Below, in pieces: positions 25,348 to 40,364 of a DNA stretch of 64,000 nucleotides. Under the pieces are notes generated by a model. It saw only the letters and a list, made by a program, of their open reading frames with translations, was not told where the DNA came from and did no database searches. Made by a program: the position numbers and the translations under genes. Within the stretch, counting starts at the first letter, position 1; each line of letters opens with the position of its first letter. The DNA is from Eledone cirrhosa (Eukaryota): contig CAXHJY010001183.1 in assembly GCA_964016885.1 (NCBI GenBank), positions 27,549-91,548 of the forward strand, in the 5' to 3' direction.

Positions 25348-27014
25348 ATACTTGGAAAATAAAATTGAAAGAGAGATATCGGAAATAAATATTCTAAAGA
25401 AACCACGTTAACATTTTGGCCTCCTGTGTTGTTATAGCAACAAAGATAACACAATACGCAAGTCTTTGTCTCTGCTTATTTTTATAAAGTGTTTTGTAGC
25501 CTTGCCATTTGAATAAAATATCTTTACAATAATGGCTATCGACAGATTATGCTTTTATCGGAATGAATATCAATAATATATTTTTATCGTATACAATGGT
25601 ATTAATCACTCCTCCTATATACTGCTGCTACTGCTGTTGCATGTATGTTTGTAAAATACCTTTATCACACTGAACATCTAGGAATTACTTAGATTGTTCA
25701 CTAGACCAATATACTATAATTATGCTGCTATGGATGGATATCATCAAAATAGTCTATCAGGGCGAAGGAGCGTGGCTTAGGGGTTAAAGCGTTCGGCTCA
25801 CGATCGAAAAGTCGTTAATTCGATTCCCGGCAACACTTCATTTCTGCTGGAAAAAAAGTAGCTATTCTAATTCAAAGAGCCGTCATACACTCTGTCGCCT
25901 TAAATATGTCTGAGAACTACGTAAAGGGAACACATGTCTGTGGAATTCTCAGCCACTTTCACTTTAGTGAATGTACGGGATTTAATGCTTAGGTTTTGTT
26001 GTGAGGTCGTTCCCCAGTGGCACGTTGTGCCCTTAAGCATGACATTTTATTTCATGATGCTCCAGTTCACGCAACTGGAAAAAAATTCGTTGTCCTAATT
26101 TTAATAGGCCATCCTTGTTATAGAGTGTCGAGGTGAGTCCTCTGAGAACTACGTGAAAGGTACATATATTTGTAGAATGCTCAGCCACTTGCACTTTAGT
26201 AAAGGCATGTGGTTTAGTGCTTAGGTTGTTCGGCTCCCGCTTGGCTTCGATTCCCCGGTGACACGTTGCATCATTGAGCAAGACACTTTATTTCACATTG
26301 CTCCAGTCCATTATGTCCTTGAGCAAGACACTTTATTTCACATAGCCCCAATCCATTATGTCCTTGAGCAAGACACTTTATTTCACATATCCCCAGTCCA
26401 TTATGTCCTTGCAAAGAAACTTTATTCTACATTGTTCCAATCCACTCAGCTGTAAAATTAGTTCTACTTCTAATTCAAAGGTTCAACAAGAAGCTCCAGA
26501 GAATAACGTTTGTGTAAAAAGTCTCTATCAGAAGAGATGATAACCAACAACTGTGTGCATTCCATCCTGCCTACGTTTTGGAGAGATTGATTTCCGATAA
26601 ATATCATAATGGACGTACACACCTTCTAATATTAGACAGTGGAGTTTTACTGGGGATATATTTCTGTGCTGATTTTGTTATTTTTTGTTTTTATTTGTTA
26701 TATCAAGAAAAATTAAACCTGATATTCTTACAAGTTAAATAGTTGTTTATTTTTCACTAATTGACGTAACATTGTCATTTATAGCAGCTTTATAATTTCA
26801 TTAAAACAGTGGAGATAATTTTAGTCATCTTTATTAGGTTTTTCATAAATTGAATTACTGAATTAGTCGTCTGGTTTGCAACGAACTGTAGAAAAATAAT
26901 ATTGAATCACTAGAACTGAGAGAGATGAGCGGCCATCTACGTTTCACGAATCAATTCAATAAAGTTAAAAATGGGAGGTATGTTTCAATGTAATTAGAAA
27001 TGGAAAAAAGATTA

Positions 27015-27612
27015 AATTTACAGCTCACACTTATGTAGGTTTAGCTGGTCTCCTACAAAGTTGTATCTCATAATAGGTTTCTTGGATGTTTTAATTTTAG
27101 AGACACCAGTCCTATCACATTGTTACAATTCACACCTATGTAGGTTTAATTAGCCTCCTACAAGGTTGTATCTCATAGCAGGTTTCTTGGTTGTATTAAT
27201 TATAAGGACACCAATCCTATTATATTGTTGTTAGAGCTCACACCTATGTAGGTCTAGCTGGGCTCCTAGAGACCAAATCTCAAAGGAGGTTTCTTGGATG
27301 TTTTAATTATAGGGGATTCAGTCTTCTCGTATTGTTACAGCTCCCATACCTGTAAGTTTAGTTAGCCTCATACAAGGTTGTAACTCATAGGAGATTTTGG
27401 GGGCGTTTAATGATAGGGGCTCTAGTTTTATCACACACATATATATGCTGTTGTTTCAGTTCACACCTATGTTGATTTAGCAGACCTCCTGCGAGGTTAT
27501 ATATCATAGGAGGTTTCTTGTGATTTTTTTAATGAGAGAGGCTCCAGTCCTATTATATTATTGCTGTTACAGCTCACACCTCACTAGATTTAGTTGGCTT
27601 CCTGTGCGGTTG
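27015..27612. repeat. Degenerate tandem repeat, about 105-120 bp, 5-6 units
   Basis: Recurrent TTACAGCTCACACCTATGTAGGTTTAG...CTCATAGGAGGTTTCTTGG. Confidence 0.85.
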
Positions 27613-29510
27613 TTTATGCTTTATTTTCTAATATGTGCTTCTTTATGCCAGTCAAAAAGCCTTAGATTTTCACAGGAGCAATGTGTTTTATGATCTTACC
27701 TTTTCCTTCGGTATTTCGTGTGTGTTGGATATCCATCGGTTTCTACGATGAGTATTCCAGTTGCCCAAACAACAGAACAGCCGGCTTGTGGAATTAACGT
27801 GCAAGTGGCTGAGCGTTCCACAGCCACGTGCAGCATTTACATAGTTCTCAGACAGTTTATCGAGACTCGGCATGTGTGACAGGGATAGTGCTTTGAACCA
27901 CAGGTACAATTCATTTTCGTGTGAAAGGATGCAATACTGCCGAGAGTCAAACTGAACACCACAAACTACTAATCCACACGAATTAAGAAAGTATAATAGT
28001 TGCTTTAATTTTGTCCGACACTACTTTCTCCACTTTCTCTACTGCGCTGCGTTTATATTTTCTAATGTTAGGATTAACGAACATAAGGCGAATTATCTTA
28101 GAGATCATCTGAGGTGTGAATTTGTATAATTAGACTAAAAGAAACTTTCTACTACTTCGTCTAATAAATCGATATAGTTAGATGGAAGCAGCATCACAAG
28201 CGATACCTCTATCTAAGGAAAAAATGATACTTCATAAAGAACGCTAATTATTACAATTTGGCGATAATTGCAGGGTATTTGTTGGTTGTTGAATCAGTTC
28301 TCAGAACTTGAAGTGGTAACTGTCTTTTGAAGTCTCGCTAATGTTCATTAATGTTGAGAATAGCGACGTTTTTCTAGAAGCACTATAACATGCTTGTCAA
28401 AGTTGACAACTTTTAATCGAAATCAATAGGAAGTTACTAAAATATTATTGATACGATTACATTTTCAACTCTAGAATAGTCTCTCAAAGAAATGACCAAT
28501 CTTGATAAAAAATATTTTTAATTATTTTTCCTACTTGTTTTTGGTGATATAAAACGTCAGTGAGTTTCCGGAAAGTTCACCGGGATTAAAATGTTTCACT
28601 AAATCTTTTTGTTCTCAAAATAAAGTCACATAGTTCGGTCAACAAGGTTGTTATCGATCTTAATTCACACAGAAATGTATGAATGTAACCCTAAGTTTGT
28701 GTAGTCTTCTTTTTTCGTGAACACACAAAAGGTGTGGTGGTGAAAGGATTGCTGTGGCTACAGTATGAATGTTCCTTTCTTGACCCTCTTCATAAATCCG
28801 ATTCTGACACTAGTATTTCCTTTTGTCGACCCCGAAAAAATGAAATGGGAAGTTAACCTCGCAGGATTTGAACTTAGAAGGCAGAGAGCCAGAACGAATA
28901 CAGTGAAGCATTCTATCTGCCAATTCGCCGCCTAGTCCTTGTAATAAGTCGTGTCTTAATACTAGAGAGAAAAACATTTATTATCAAATATATAATATGA
29001 ATTATAGTATTAATAGTCCTATATCACTGGTGAAAAACAGCTGATTTTCAGATCGGACCAAAGAAACAATATTTCTATCCATTCCTACTTGGTCGCAACA
29101 TCTAGTGGAAGGTTGCAAGATATTAACTACTTTGCTTTCCATACCTTCGGCGTTATTAAACAAAATATCCGTAAAAGGGCAATATATTAGCGGAATTGGT
29201 ACACTGTTGGACAGGATGCTTTGTGGTAGGTACCACAATAACCCCAAAGGGATGGAAAGCAAAGTAGACCTCTGTGGGATTTGAACTTAGAACACTGTGA
29301 GCTGCCGGAATATATTCTGGGGCAATTAAACCGACTCCCTAACGACACAGTCAATATAAGTTTAAAGATTCAATTTGAGATACTTATTATTTCTTGTCTC
29401 GTGAAATATTTCCAAGTAGTTACATGATATATATATATACAAGATTATATCTATATATATGTGTGTGTGTGTGTGTATGTGTATGTGTGTGTGTATGTGT
29501 GTGTGTGCGC

Positions 29511-29598
<88 letters not shown>

Positions 29599-29679
29599 GG
29601 TAAACAAAAATAACAACACAATCGGTACAGTATATGGAAGGGCTATATTAGGTTAACGCTTGATATAGCAGGAAGAGGG

Positions 29680-29714
29680 TCTTAACGTTTCGGACGCTAG
29701 TCCTTCATCAGAAG
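29680..29714 (-). ncRNA. Minimal hammerhead (family F2, intact core)
   Basis: Reverse complement: TCTT-CTGATGA-A-GGAC-TAGC-GTCC-GAAACGTT-AAGA, within element 29595-30290. Confidence 0.72.
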
Positions 29715-30894
29715 AAAGAATAGGAAATAAGATCGATTGAGGGGACGGGCGGGTTGGAATTGGGAAAAATGTCTTTAGATAAAAATAACAGGTCCATTCA
29801 TGTTGACATCTCTTGCAAAACTGTTGGTGTTGGCGTTTTGTGTATGATTTAATTTTTGAAAAGTGGATGATGGAGCGCGTCTACCTGAAATGGAAAAAAA
29901 ACGTTTTGTAAAAGGAGCTATACTTGTGCACATGCGTAAGCATGTGTGTGTGTGTTATACGTCCGTATGAAGCTAAGAAGAAATGTGTGTGTCTATGTGA
30001 GTAAAATAGTGTGTGTGCATGTAAGTACGAAGCTAGGAGCAAAAGTATGTTAATATAAGGGTGTGTATGTGTGTATACAGAGCAGTGAAGGGAAAAGTGG
30101 AGTGAGCATATATAGTCAGCCTGTATTAGTTGTAAGAGAAGATGTTAATGATCAACAGAAAGGAGTGTGATAATGGACGGGGCATTAGAAAAATTGGGGA
30201 GGTGAGTTGAGTCCAAGAGGGGAAGAGGATCCAAGGAGGTGAATCAGACTTTGTTCCTGATGCGCACGAAACAAGAAGTAATAAGTAAATATATATATAT
30301 ACAATTATATATATATTTATTCAGTTGATGAAAGTTGGTTGATCAAAAATCTGCCGATTTTCGTAAACAGATGTGAAGCACTCTACGGTTTATATTCCTT
30401 ATGATTTTCTCCGTAAAGTATCGCCCAGAGTTGTAGTATAATAAATAAGAGAGACTGTTTTATTCGTGCATCTTTATTTTTATTGTCTAATTCATTATAC
30501 ATATTTCAAAGATGCAAGGTAGTTGTATAATAACCAGTCTGCGCGTTTTCTTCATATATATATATATATATAACGAAGGAAGTGTGGTAAGGAACCAGAT
30601 GGACCACAACGCACCAGAGTACTCAATACTTAGGGTAGTAGAGTGGGTAATAGGAAAATCTTTAACCCCGACGGCAGAGCTCAAGCCGTTTCGACGGCTA
30701 TTTATGAACTGGGACAATTAAACCGATATATAATGTGGGTAATATTAAATATTATCCAATTACAAGTATGAGAATAGCTCAATGTAAAATAACAAGTATA
30801 TTACAGAGCCGAAATACTTTATAAATAACAATCAAAGAGTGTTTAAAACATGTAATCACTTACGATCGTTTCATATATATATATATATATATAC

Positions 30895-31315
30895 TTCGTT
30901 TTAAAATTTGTTTTGCAAGATTTCTTCTCTGAAAACGTGTGTGGAAACAGATATTGTTATACTTTCGAAGGGCCATGCTGCCAAAAAAAGCACACGCACC
31001 TGTTGGTTTTCATCACACATTCCGTGACCTCCTCAGTGACTAGATTTTTATTTTGTGTCCCTCCTTTGTTCTCTCCTACACCATCGCAACACACAAAAAC
31101 AAGATGGTGTATGACAGAACAAAGGAGGGGCACAAAATAAAAAACTAGTCACTGAGGAGGTCACGGAATGTGTGACGAAAGAACTTTGACAATATATAAA
31201 CAACCTTCCTGTTATCGAACGAACCAACCAACCGGAAATTTATAATAAATTGAAGTGAAAATCTAAAGGTGCGCGTGTTTTTATTGGCAGCATGATTCTC
31301 CCAAAGTATAACTAT
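30895..31315. mobile_element. Family F3 foldback element with HHR at 31148-31190 (+)
   Basis: GTCA-CTGAGGA-G-GTCAC...GTGAC-GAAAG-AA-CTT-TGAC. Inverted arms at about 31011-31088 and 31105-31180. Homologs at 54485-54972 and 61240-61495. Confidence 0.75.
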
Positions 31316-31370
31316 ATATAGAGAGAGAGAGAGAGATTACAGTAATCAAAGTTCAGTTTAAGTCATTTAT

Positions 31371-31419
31371 TTGCTTACAATTGTTTCCTCCAAACCGAGG
31401 TTTGGATTCTTCGGAGCAA
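31371..31419 (-). ncRNA. Hammerhead with U4C core variant, in non-coding element about 31335-32000
   Basis: Reverse complement: TTGCT-CCGAAGA-A-TCCAAACC-TC-GGTTTGGA-G-GAAAC-AATT-GTA-AGCAA. Confidence 0.65.
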
Positions 31420-32000
31420 CTATTTATAACATACTTGACCTCCTTTTCAACCCAAGAGACACATAAAACATATGCGCATATTGATCAACAGTGGGGTGAC
31501 ATTCATCAAATGATATAGCATGGCAATTTACATATAAAGGTTACAGGATAAAAATAAAATAAAATAAAAACAAGAGTGAAAATAAGAGTGAAAATAAAGA
31601 TAAACATGAAGCGTTGGCAGTCTATGAAGATAAAGCAAGAGGAAAGCTTAGAGTAGTCAGTGTATGAAACAATCTCCCGTGCAGCATGCACGCGTGTCTT
31701 ATCTATGCATGATTAGAGTGCGTCAGAATGATATTTGCAGGGTCAGGCAGCTGAAGCAGGCAGTCGATCTTATTATGCAGGCTGAATTATTAAGTCATTT
31801 ATTCTCATACATCAGTATGATATACAGTCTCGGATGCGGGGAAACACCAAAATATCAAAAACCTTCAACATACTATAAACCTTATTGTATCGTAGGCAAG
31901 GCCGTACCACTGTCCTTGCTCACACCACCACTCACATAATCCATGAGACGCAATATATATATAGAGAACACGCGTCTATCGTATACTTCGCGGTGGTTCA

Positions 32001-32044
<44 letters not shown>

Positions 32045-32052
<8 letters not shown>

Positions 32053-32922
32053 CGTTTATACAACCAGCACAACCATACTGTACTGTTTGCAGCTGTCCCA
32101 GGTTGTTGTCGTTTACCTGATCAGTGACCAATTTCTAGAATCCACCACTTGGGCCCCAATGCAGCCCTCTCACCAGACACGGAATAGGTGTCCTTGAATC
32201 GACCACGCACAGATGTTGGTCGATTCAATACAGCCATGCACCACTGGAGGCTGCGTCCATCAGCAGCCTACCAGTGTGGCTCACCAAAGCATACTACTGA
32301 GCACATACTGAGTGAATGCCAGGATCGCCGCTCACTTGAAAGTGTTGACCTCACATACACTAATTCCACTAACGGGAGCTGGTTGCAGCACCTGAGGGAT
32401 GTCACATGATTGCCGTCGCATACGAAAGAAGAAAAGTACAACCATTTACGTTTATCGTGAAAATATTCATTCTAAAAATAACTTAGTAATTTCCATGGAA
32501 TAACTACTTTGTTTAACAATTTGATGGCCTCTCGCTAACGAAGTAGTTAGCTACTATGGATTTCTCAACTTTTGATTTAATTTCAGTTTGAGTATTTATG
32601 AAAATGTTTGTGTGTGACTGTGTATCTATGTGTATCACTATGGTTGTGTGTGTATGACTGTGTGATTATGTACATGACTGTGTGTGATTAGGTGTTTGTG
32701 TATGATGTTGTGTATTCTTCAGTGTGGCTGTGTGTTTGTGTGTGTAGTTGCATGATCATGTGTGTGATTGTATTTTCGTGTGTATGGCTGTGTGTTTGAG
32801 TATGTGATTGTATGTTTGCGTGTGCGGGTATGACTCTGTGTGTCTGTGACAAATGTAGACGCCACTATCGATACTTTCTTTGTAAAATTAATTTATACTC
32901 TACATATACATACTGTACACAC

Positions 32923-32965
<43 letters not shown>

Positions 32966-33770
32966 CATACCCGCACACGCAAACATACAATCACATACTC
33001 AAACACACAGCCATACACACGAAAATACAATCACACACATGATCATGCAACTACACACACAAACACACAGCCACACTGAAGAATACACAACATCAAGAAT
33101 ACACAACATCATACACAAACACCTAATCACACACAGTCATGTACATAATCACACAGTCATACACACACAACCATAGTGATACACATAGATACACAGTCAC
33201 ACACAAACATTTTCATAAATACTCAAACTGAATTTAAATCAAAAGTTGAGAAATCCATAGTAGCTAACTACTTCGTTAGCGAGAGGCCATCAAATTGTTA
33301 AACAAAGTAGTTATTCCATGGAAATTACTAAGTCATTTTTAGAATGAATATTTTCACGATAAACGTAAATGGTTGTACTTTTCTTCTTTCGTATGCGACG
33401 GCAATCATGTGACATCCCTCAGGTGCTGCAACCAGCTCCCGTTAGTGGAATTAGTGTATGTGAGGTCAACACTTTCAAGTGAGCGGCGATCCTGGCATTC
33501 ACTCAGTATGTGCTCAGTAGTATGCTTTGGTGAGCCACACTGGTAGGCTGCTGATGGACGCAGCCTCCAGTGGTGCATGGCTGTATTGAATCGACCAACA
33601 TCTGTGCGTAGTCGATTCAAGGACACCTATTCCGTGTCTGGTGAGAGGGCTGCATTGGGGCCCAAGTGCTGGATTCTAGAAATTGGTCACTGATCAGGTA
33701 AACGACAACAACCTGGGACAGCTGCAAACAGTACAGTATGGTTGTGCTGGTTGTATAAACGTTATATATA
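32045..33770. repeat. Large near-perfect inverted duplication (about 800-bp arms) containing a LINE 3' end (Ingi/Vingi-like, tentative)
   Basis: 32045-32843 mirrors about 32950-33770. Each arm encodes LNR(P/L)RTDVGRF...QCGSPKHTTEHILSEC followed by CATACGAAAGAAGAA. Confidence 0.9.
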
Positions 33771-34830
33771 TACTGAGACCCGTTTCAGTAAACGTGTCTG
33801 TCGAATGCTCATCTACCTACACGTTAATTTCACGAGTAAGCTGTTCTGTTATTCGACCAACTGGAACACTCATCATCAGTGACAGAGGTCCAATACACTG
33901 ATTTTTTATTGAAACTATTTTGTTTCAAATTCTTTAAAAATGCATAAATCCCTAACGCAGAGAATAACTGTAAACACCGTCAATTGCAATAAATAAAAGC
34001 TTAGAAAATCAGATTAAATACTCTTATAAACGGGAAAAGTGGTCAGCTGCCGCTACGGAGAATCGAACTACGTATCTCGCAAATACCGGCTGTTTAGTCT
34101 TTAGGAAGACATGAAGATCTAGACTTCCTGTTATCTTCCTCTTTTGAAATCATTCAGCCTTTGTTTCAATTCAAAACATGTATAAATTTTAATGAACAAC
34201 ATAACACATCCCTTGTCAATCATAGAATTCAATTGCTTTGGTTTTTTTCTAACGATTGGTTAAATTGTTTGTAAGATTATCTTCTATTGTTGGTCAAACA
34301 ATTATATTTCAACTTCATATTGTGTTTTTGTTTTTGTTTTTCATAATGCAGGATATTATTTAATAAAAATTGTATTTTTCAAAAGCAGAAATAATTATAA
34401 TCTCGCATACAATCCTCATCCTTTAAAATAACAATTAATTTTTACAAATATTGTACTTTAATGAAATATGAAGAACGAAAGAAAATATGAAGATAACTTT
34501 GCGACATGTCTTTAATTGTTAATTATACTGATGGTTTTAGACGATTTAGATCAGTTGCTCTCACCGGAACTTCGTATTAACATGGGCAAGCTTTTCAAAC
34601 CTCAATTATATAGTTCAATGGTTCTCACAGCCCCAGGTCATATCCCTACCCTTGCAGTTCCAGATTTCTTAAACTCCTTCCCGATTTAGTCATTTTTCAG
34701 CCGAACATCATATTAACACGAGCAAGCTTTTCAAACCTCAATAATTGTATAGTCCAATCGACTAAATCTGAAGCTATAGTTGCGAGCTATTAATTTCTGG
34801 TCGCACACGCACACACATGCGCATATACAG

Positions 34831-34917
<87 letters not shown>

Positions 34918-36779
34918 TAATACACATAAACACAATACGGCTGTTTGTAGCAGTGACTATACTCATGCTGCCTATTTAAAACTAAATCGTTGGGACCAGT
35001 GAAAGCTAGTTATTGGGCAAAAGGCATCACTATCAGCCTTAGCATTTCACTTGGTCGTCTGATATGTTATTGATTAGATTGATGTAACAATTACCAAAAC
35101 TGATACGGTTACTGTCATGTATTAAAACAAAAAGAAAGCATCACTATTCAGTTCGCTGATAATCAACCCTAGAATTTTTCGTGGTTGTCTAACGGCTTGC
35201 TGATTAGATTCACATTTAACAGCACTGATACAATTGCTAAACATTGTTCAAAGAGAGTTTATTTTTATTGGTGTTTAAGGTCTTGGATTGGCAGAATCAT
35301 GAGAATGTCAGACAAAATGCCTCACAGTATTTAGTTGCGATGATTTCAGTTCTGAGTTCAAATTCCGCGGAAGTCAACTTTGCATTTCATTCTTCCGGGG
35401 TCGATAAAATAAAGTATTAGTCAAGCAGTGAGATCGATATCATTGACTTGTCTTTTCCTTCCTGCCAAAGAAAATAATTTGCTGGCCTTGTGCTTAAATC
35501 ATTCTTATCAATATTTCATTTTTAATATTTTCTGGGAATATTTCTGGCAATGCTTTCCTGATCATTGAAATTAACGAAATATTTTGTTTCAGCTTTCTTT
35601 AGCTAAAAAAAGATATCGAGTTTCAATTTTGTTCTTTAAATTATGATAATCTCAGTTTTCTGTAACACCATTTATAGTCCTTCGATTTCTTCAATCACGT
35701 AAAACAAAAACAAAAAAGGCAAATTTATCTCAAAGGATAATAAACCTGATCGAAGACAAGCAGCAGGAGCTATTAAGAAGCTAATCGATAAAGATCAAAC
35801 AAAATCATTTAGATACAAACAGTTAGACTGAACTAAATTTAGTTCATGTTTTAGTATGTTTTTATTAAATGTTAAAGAAAAAACACGTTATTTGGGTTCA
35901 GTTTGAATTATTGATTTTCTTCGATATTTTTTAATCTAAATCAAAAATTAATTCAATGTTAATTAAATTGAGATTTCTAATGAAATCTTTTAAGTACAGT
36001 TTTTTTAATTGCATTCTTTAATTTCATTTATTTCATTTCGGTATTGTTTAAGTTGAATCAAAACTTCTTACTTTCATACAGTACATAAGAATTAATTCAA
36101 TACAATAGTAATTGGATATTGTGTGGTAACATTTTATATTTGATGGTAACCAAATGATATAAAGTAAGAATTAAGATATTAACGAATCCAAACTTCGACA
36201 AGGTTGTATAACTCTTAGTTAAAACATGTTACTTCTTTTGTACACCTAAAAAAACTACTGCCGTCACTTACAATAGAGTATGACTTGGAATTGAATTACA
36301 GGTACAGTCCATCTTTTATTATAGAGTAAATTATCTCCATGCTTTCCTGATTTTGTTGGGACCAAAGGCTCTATGTATCTCCCCTGTTTTTGTGGGATCA
36401 AAAGATCTATAAACTTAGAAAGGAGGTTTTAGCAATGAAAGAAAAAGAAAATATGTATTTCTCGAGATGATTCAGAGAGAACCAGTGGATGACAATACTG
36501 GCCCTTTAAATTCCAGATACAACACATTTTTTCCAACTGGGTGAACTGCTGAAACATGAAATAAAATGTCTTGTTCAAGGACACAGCGCACCGCCGGGAA
36601 TTGAACTGGCGGTCTCATGATCAGGAGCCAAATAAATGCTAACCTCTAAGCTCCGCGTCTTCCCCAGTGATATAGACTAAACACTAAACCTATGATATAC
36701 AGTATCTAGCGAGTTTTCTTTAACTCTTTGTTGGTGCAATTTCATTTTTCTTTCATTACTAACACCTTTCTAAGTTTAT

Positions 36780-37190
36780 AGTTCTTTTGATCCTGCCAAA
36801 ACAGATAAGATATATAGAACCTTTGATCATAACAAAATAGGAAAGACATAGAGATCCTTTAATCCTCACAAATTAGAGAGATATCTGGAGCTTTTGGTCC
36901 TAATAAAATAATGGAGATATATAGATCCTTTTTTCCTGACAAATTAAAGGAGGCGATCCGTTGGCCTTAACAAAATAAGGGAGACATATTAGACTGTATA
37001 AGGAAGACATAAACAATATAAGGGAGACAGAGAGATCTTTTGGTTGTAACAAAATAAGGGAGTCATAGACAAAACAAGGAAAATATAACGATCCTTTGGT
37101 CGTAACAAAATAAGGGAGACAGACTTTGATTCTAAGAAAATAAGGGAAATATGTAGATCGTTTGGTCCAACCAAAATAAGGGAGACATTA
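36780..37190. repeat. Degenerate minisatellite, about 40 bp
   Basis: GATCCTTTGGTCCTAACAAAATAAGGGAGACATA-like units. Inverted units at about 36335-36410. Confidence 0.75.
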
Positions 37191-38329
37191 CATATCTATA
37201 AAATAGACGTTGAAAATGGTGTTAATGCAAGGATAGAGGATTGGCAAAATCGTTTGAGCGTGAAAGACCGGTGGATTGGCAGTCGTTAGAGCATGGAAAA
37301 GCGGTGAATTAGCAGTTATTAGAGCATGGAAGAGCTATTGACTGGCAGCCGCTAGAGCGCGGAAGAGCGGTAGGTTGGTAGAATCGTTAGAGTGTGGAAG
37401 AGTGGTGAGTTCATAGGATCGTTAGAGATATGAAGGGCTGTGAATTGGTAGAATCGTAAGAACGTCGGACAAAATGTTTCACGACATTTAGTTACAGCTC
37501 TGCGTTCTGAGTTCAAATCTCGCCAATGTCAACTTTGCCTTTCATTCTTTTGTGAGCAATAAAATAAAGTACCAATCAAGAACTAGGGTCGATGTAATTG
37601 ACTTCCTCTACCAAAAATAATTACTGACCTTGTGTCATTTGGCAGTATCGGTAGAGGGTCGGACGCCATGCTTTGCAACATAGAGTTACGGCCCTTGTCA
37701 TTCTGAGTTCAAATCCCGCCGAGGTTAACTTTGCCTTTCATCCTTACGGAGTCGATAAAATAAAGTGGCAGTAATGCACTGGGTAATTGATGGCCTTGTG
37801 CCAAAAGTAGAAACAATTATTAGCTCCTTAAAATCGATACACACGCGCATAAGTGAAACGTGACTGAACTGCACGACACGAAACTCTTTCATATATCAAT
37901 GAAACTTTTAGTTGTTACGAGTTCATAAAATAACGGTATGAAAATTCTAGAAAAACATTTCTGGGAAATAACATTTATCTGTAGATGATATTTTAAGTTA
38001 TTCCATTTATTTAATAGTAGTTCAGAACTGATAACTAAAAAAATGCACATTTTCCGGGAAAACGAAAACAGGCAATCTCTCAAAAACATCTTCGTTTCCA
38101 TTTTTCAGAACTGTTAGCAAAAACAAATGCACGTTTTCTATGTAAAAAACAGACGATATCTAAAAAAAATCCTCGTTTTCATTTTTTTATTTTATTTTTA
38201 CAAATTGATTGTTTCGGTGAACGTTCGGTTGTATCGTGTTTCAAGTGGCTCATCTATTTTCAAATGAAAGGATGTCTTTTAAAAAATATTTGTAAACACG
38301 ATAGTGCCTTTTGATAGATTCTTCCAAAC

Positions 38330-39090
38330 GAAAATGTCTTTAAGCAGATATCTCTATACAAATGTGTCTTTTAACAGATACTTCCATACAAATGTGTCTT
38401 TTAACAGATATTTCAATACAAAAAATAAGTGCGTTTTAACATATTTCTATACAAAAATAAGTGTGTTTTAAAATATTTCTATACAAAAGTAAGTGTGTTT
38501 TAAAATATTTCTATACAAAAATAAGTGTTTTAACATATTTCTATAGAAAAATAAGTGTTTTAACATAATCTATAGAAAAATAAGTGTTTTAACATATTTC
38601 TATACAAAAATAAGTGTTTTAACATATTTCTATAGAAAAATAAGTGTGTTTTAACATATTTCTATAGAAAAATAAGTGTTTTAACATATTCTATAGAAAA
38701 ATAAGTGTTTTAACATATTCTATAGAAAAATAAGTGTTTTAACATATTCTATAGAAAAATAAGTGTTTTAACATATTTCTATACAAAAATAAGTGTTTTA
38801 ACATATTTCTATACAAAATTGTGTTTTAACATATTTCTATAGAAAAATAAATGTTTGAACATATTTCTGTACAATATGTTTTGTGTTTTAACATATTTCT
38901 ATACAATAATATCTGTTTTGTGTTTTAACATATTTCTATACAATAATATACGTTTTGTGTTTTAAGATATTTCTATACAAAATAAATGTTTTAACATATT
39001 TCTATCAAAATAGGTTTTAACATATTTCTATACAATAATATGTTTTAACATATTTCTATACAAAACTAAATGTCTTTTAACAGATATTCT
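38330..39090. repeat. AT-rich minisatellite, about 29-32 bp
   Basis: TTTTAACATATTTCTATA(C/G)AAAAATAAGTG repeated more than 20 times. Confidence 0.95.
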
Positions 39091-40173
39091 AAACAAAAAT
39101 GGGTTAAAAATGAAATATAACACAACACAGATAAAAATACCACAACACAGATAAAAATACGATCGCTGTGCTAAGAGGGAAATAAAGGTGGTATATTTCA
39201 ACATATGTCAACAGTATTTTATTGCAATATCTCATAGATATGTTCTTGCTATGAACCTTTCTATGCAGCGAATTGACAGAGTTGTTAGAGCATTTGATTA
39301 AATGTCTCGATATTTGTTCTGGATCTGTACGCTCTTACTTTAAATCCTGCCGAAGTCAACTATAATTCTCATTCTTTCGGAGATGATAATTAAAGTGCCA
39401 ATCCACAGGCGTGACAGGCAAGATGTCTAGCAGTATTTAATCTCTGTACGTTTTCAGTTGAAATCCTCCTTCCTTCTGTCAGGAGCTACGACTCAAAGAG
39501 AGTATCAGCAATGGAAAGACCAATGGAAACATAGTTTCCTTGGTCAAATCTGATGACCGGCTGTTTTCTCTTTAAAGATATATATTCAAGGTAAGATAGG
39601 CCGGCAGATAGTATCAGCAATGGAAAGACAAATGGAAATATTGTTTCCTTGGTCAATTCTGACGAATGACTCATTGTTTTCATGTTTTGTATAACTCGTT
39701 TTTCGTATAGCTCGCCCAGCATATGATATCAAAATCACTTAGCGAAAATAAAGAAAGATTTCGAGGAAATATTTTTTTTATTTATTTTGCTTTGTAATCA
39801 CTAATAAGAAAAAAAAACAAGCTTCCTAGCTTCAACAGTCTCTAAGTTATCGGAACAGACATTCATGCAATCAAATCAAGCAAACAGACGTGACGAATAC
39901 AATGGTATTTAATTGTCTAAGTGTGTGCCTGTGTGTATTTACATTGAAATTTGTATATAGCATTGGTCATCGGAAGTACGTTCTCCGGCTTACAGGCTTA
40001 TGGTTTCGTGTTGATGAGAATATATTTAATTCCGGTGTTTTAATACTTTATATTCTTACTGTTAGTTTGTTATTAGATATAATACATGTGGTCGATTTTA
40101 AGAGTTTTCTTATAACGTATTCACCCATCCTGTAACTAGACTGTATTTGATTCTTGTAATATACTATCTGTAT

Positions 40174-40211
<38 letters not shown>

Positions 40212-40218
40212 TGTGTGT

Positions 40219-40364
<146 letters not shown>

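Noticed and set aside
30250-30380. CTGATGC..GAAA and TTGATGA..GTAAAC motifs
   Set aside because: Too many core mismatches to support, although they may be decayed remnants.
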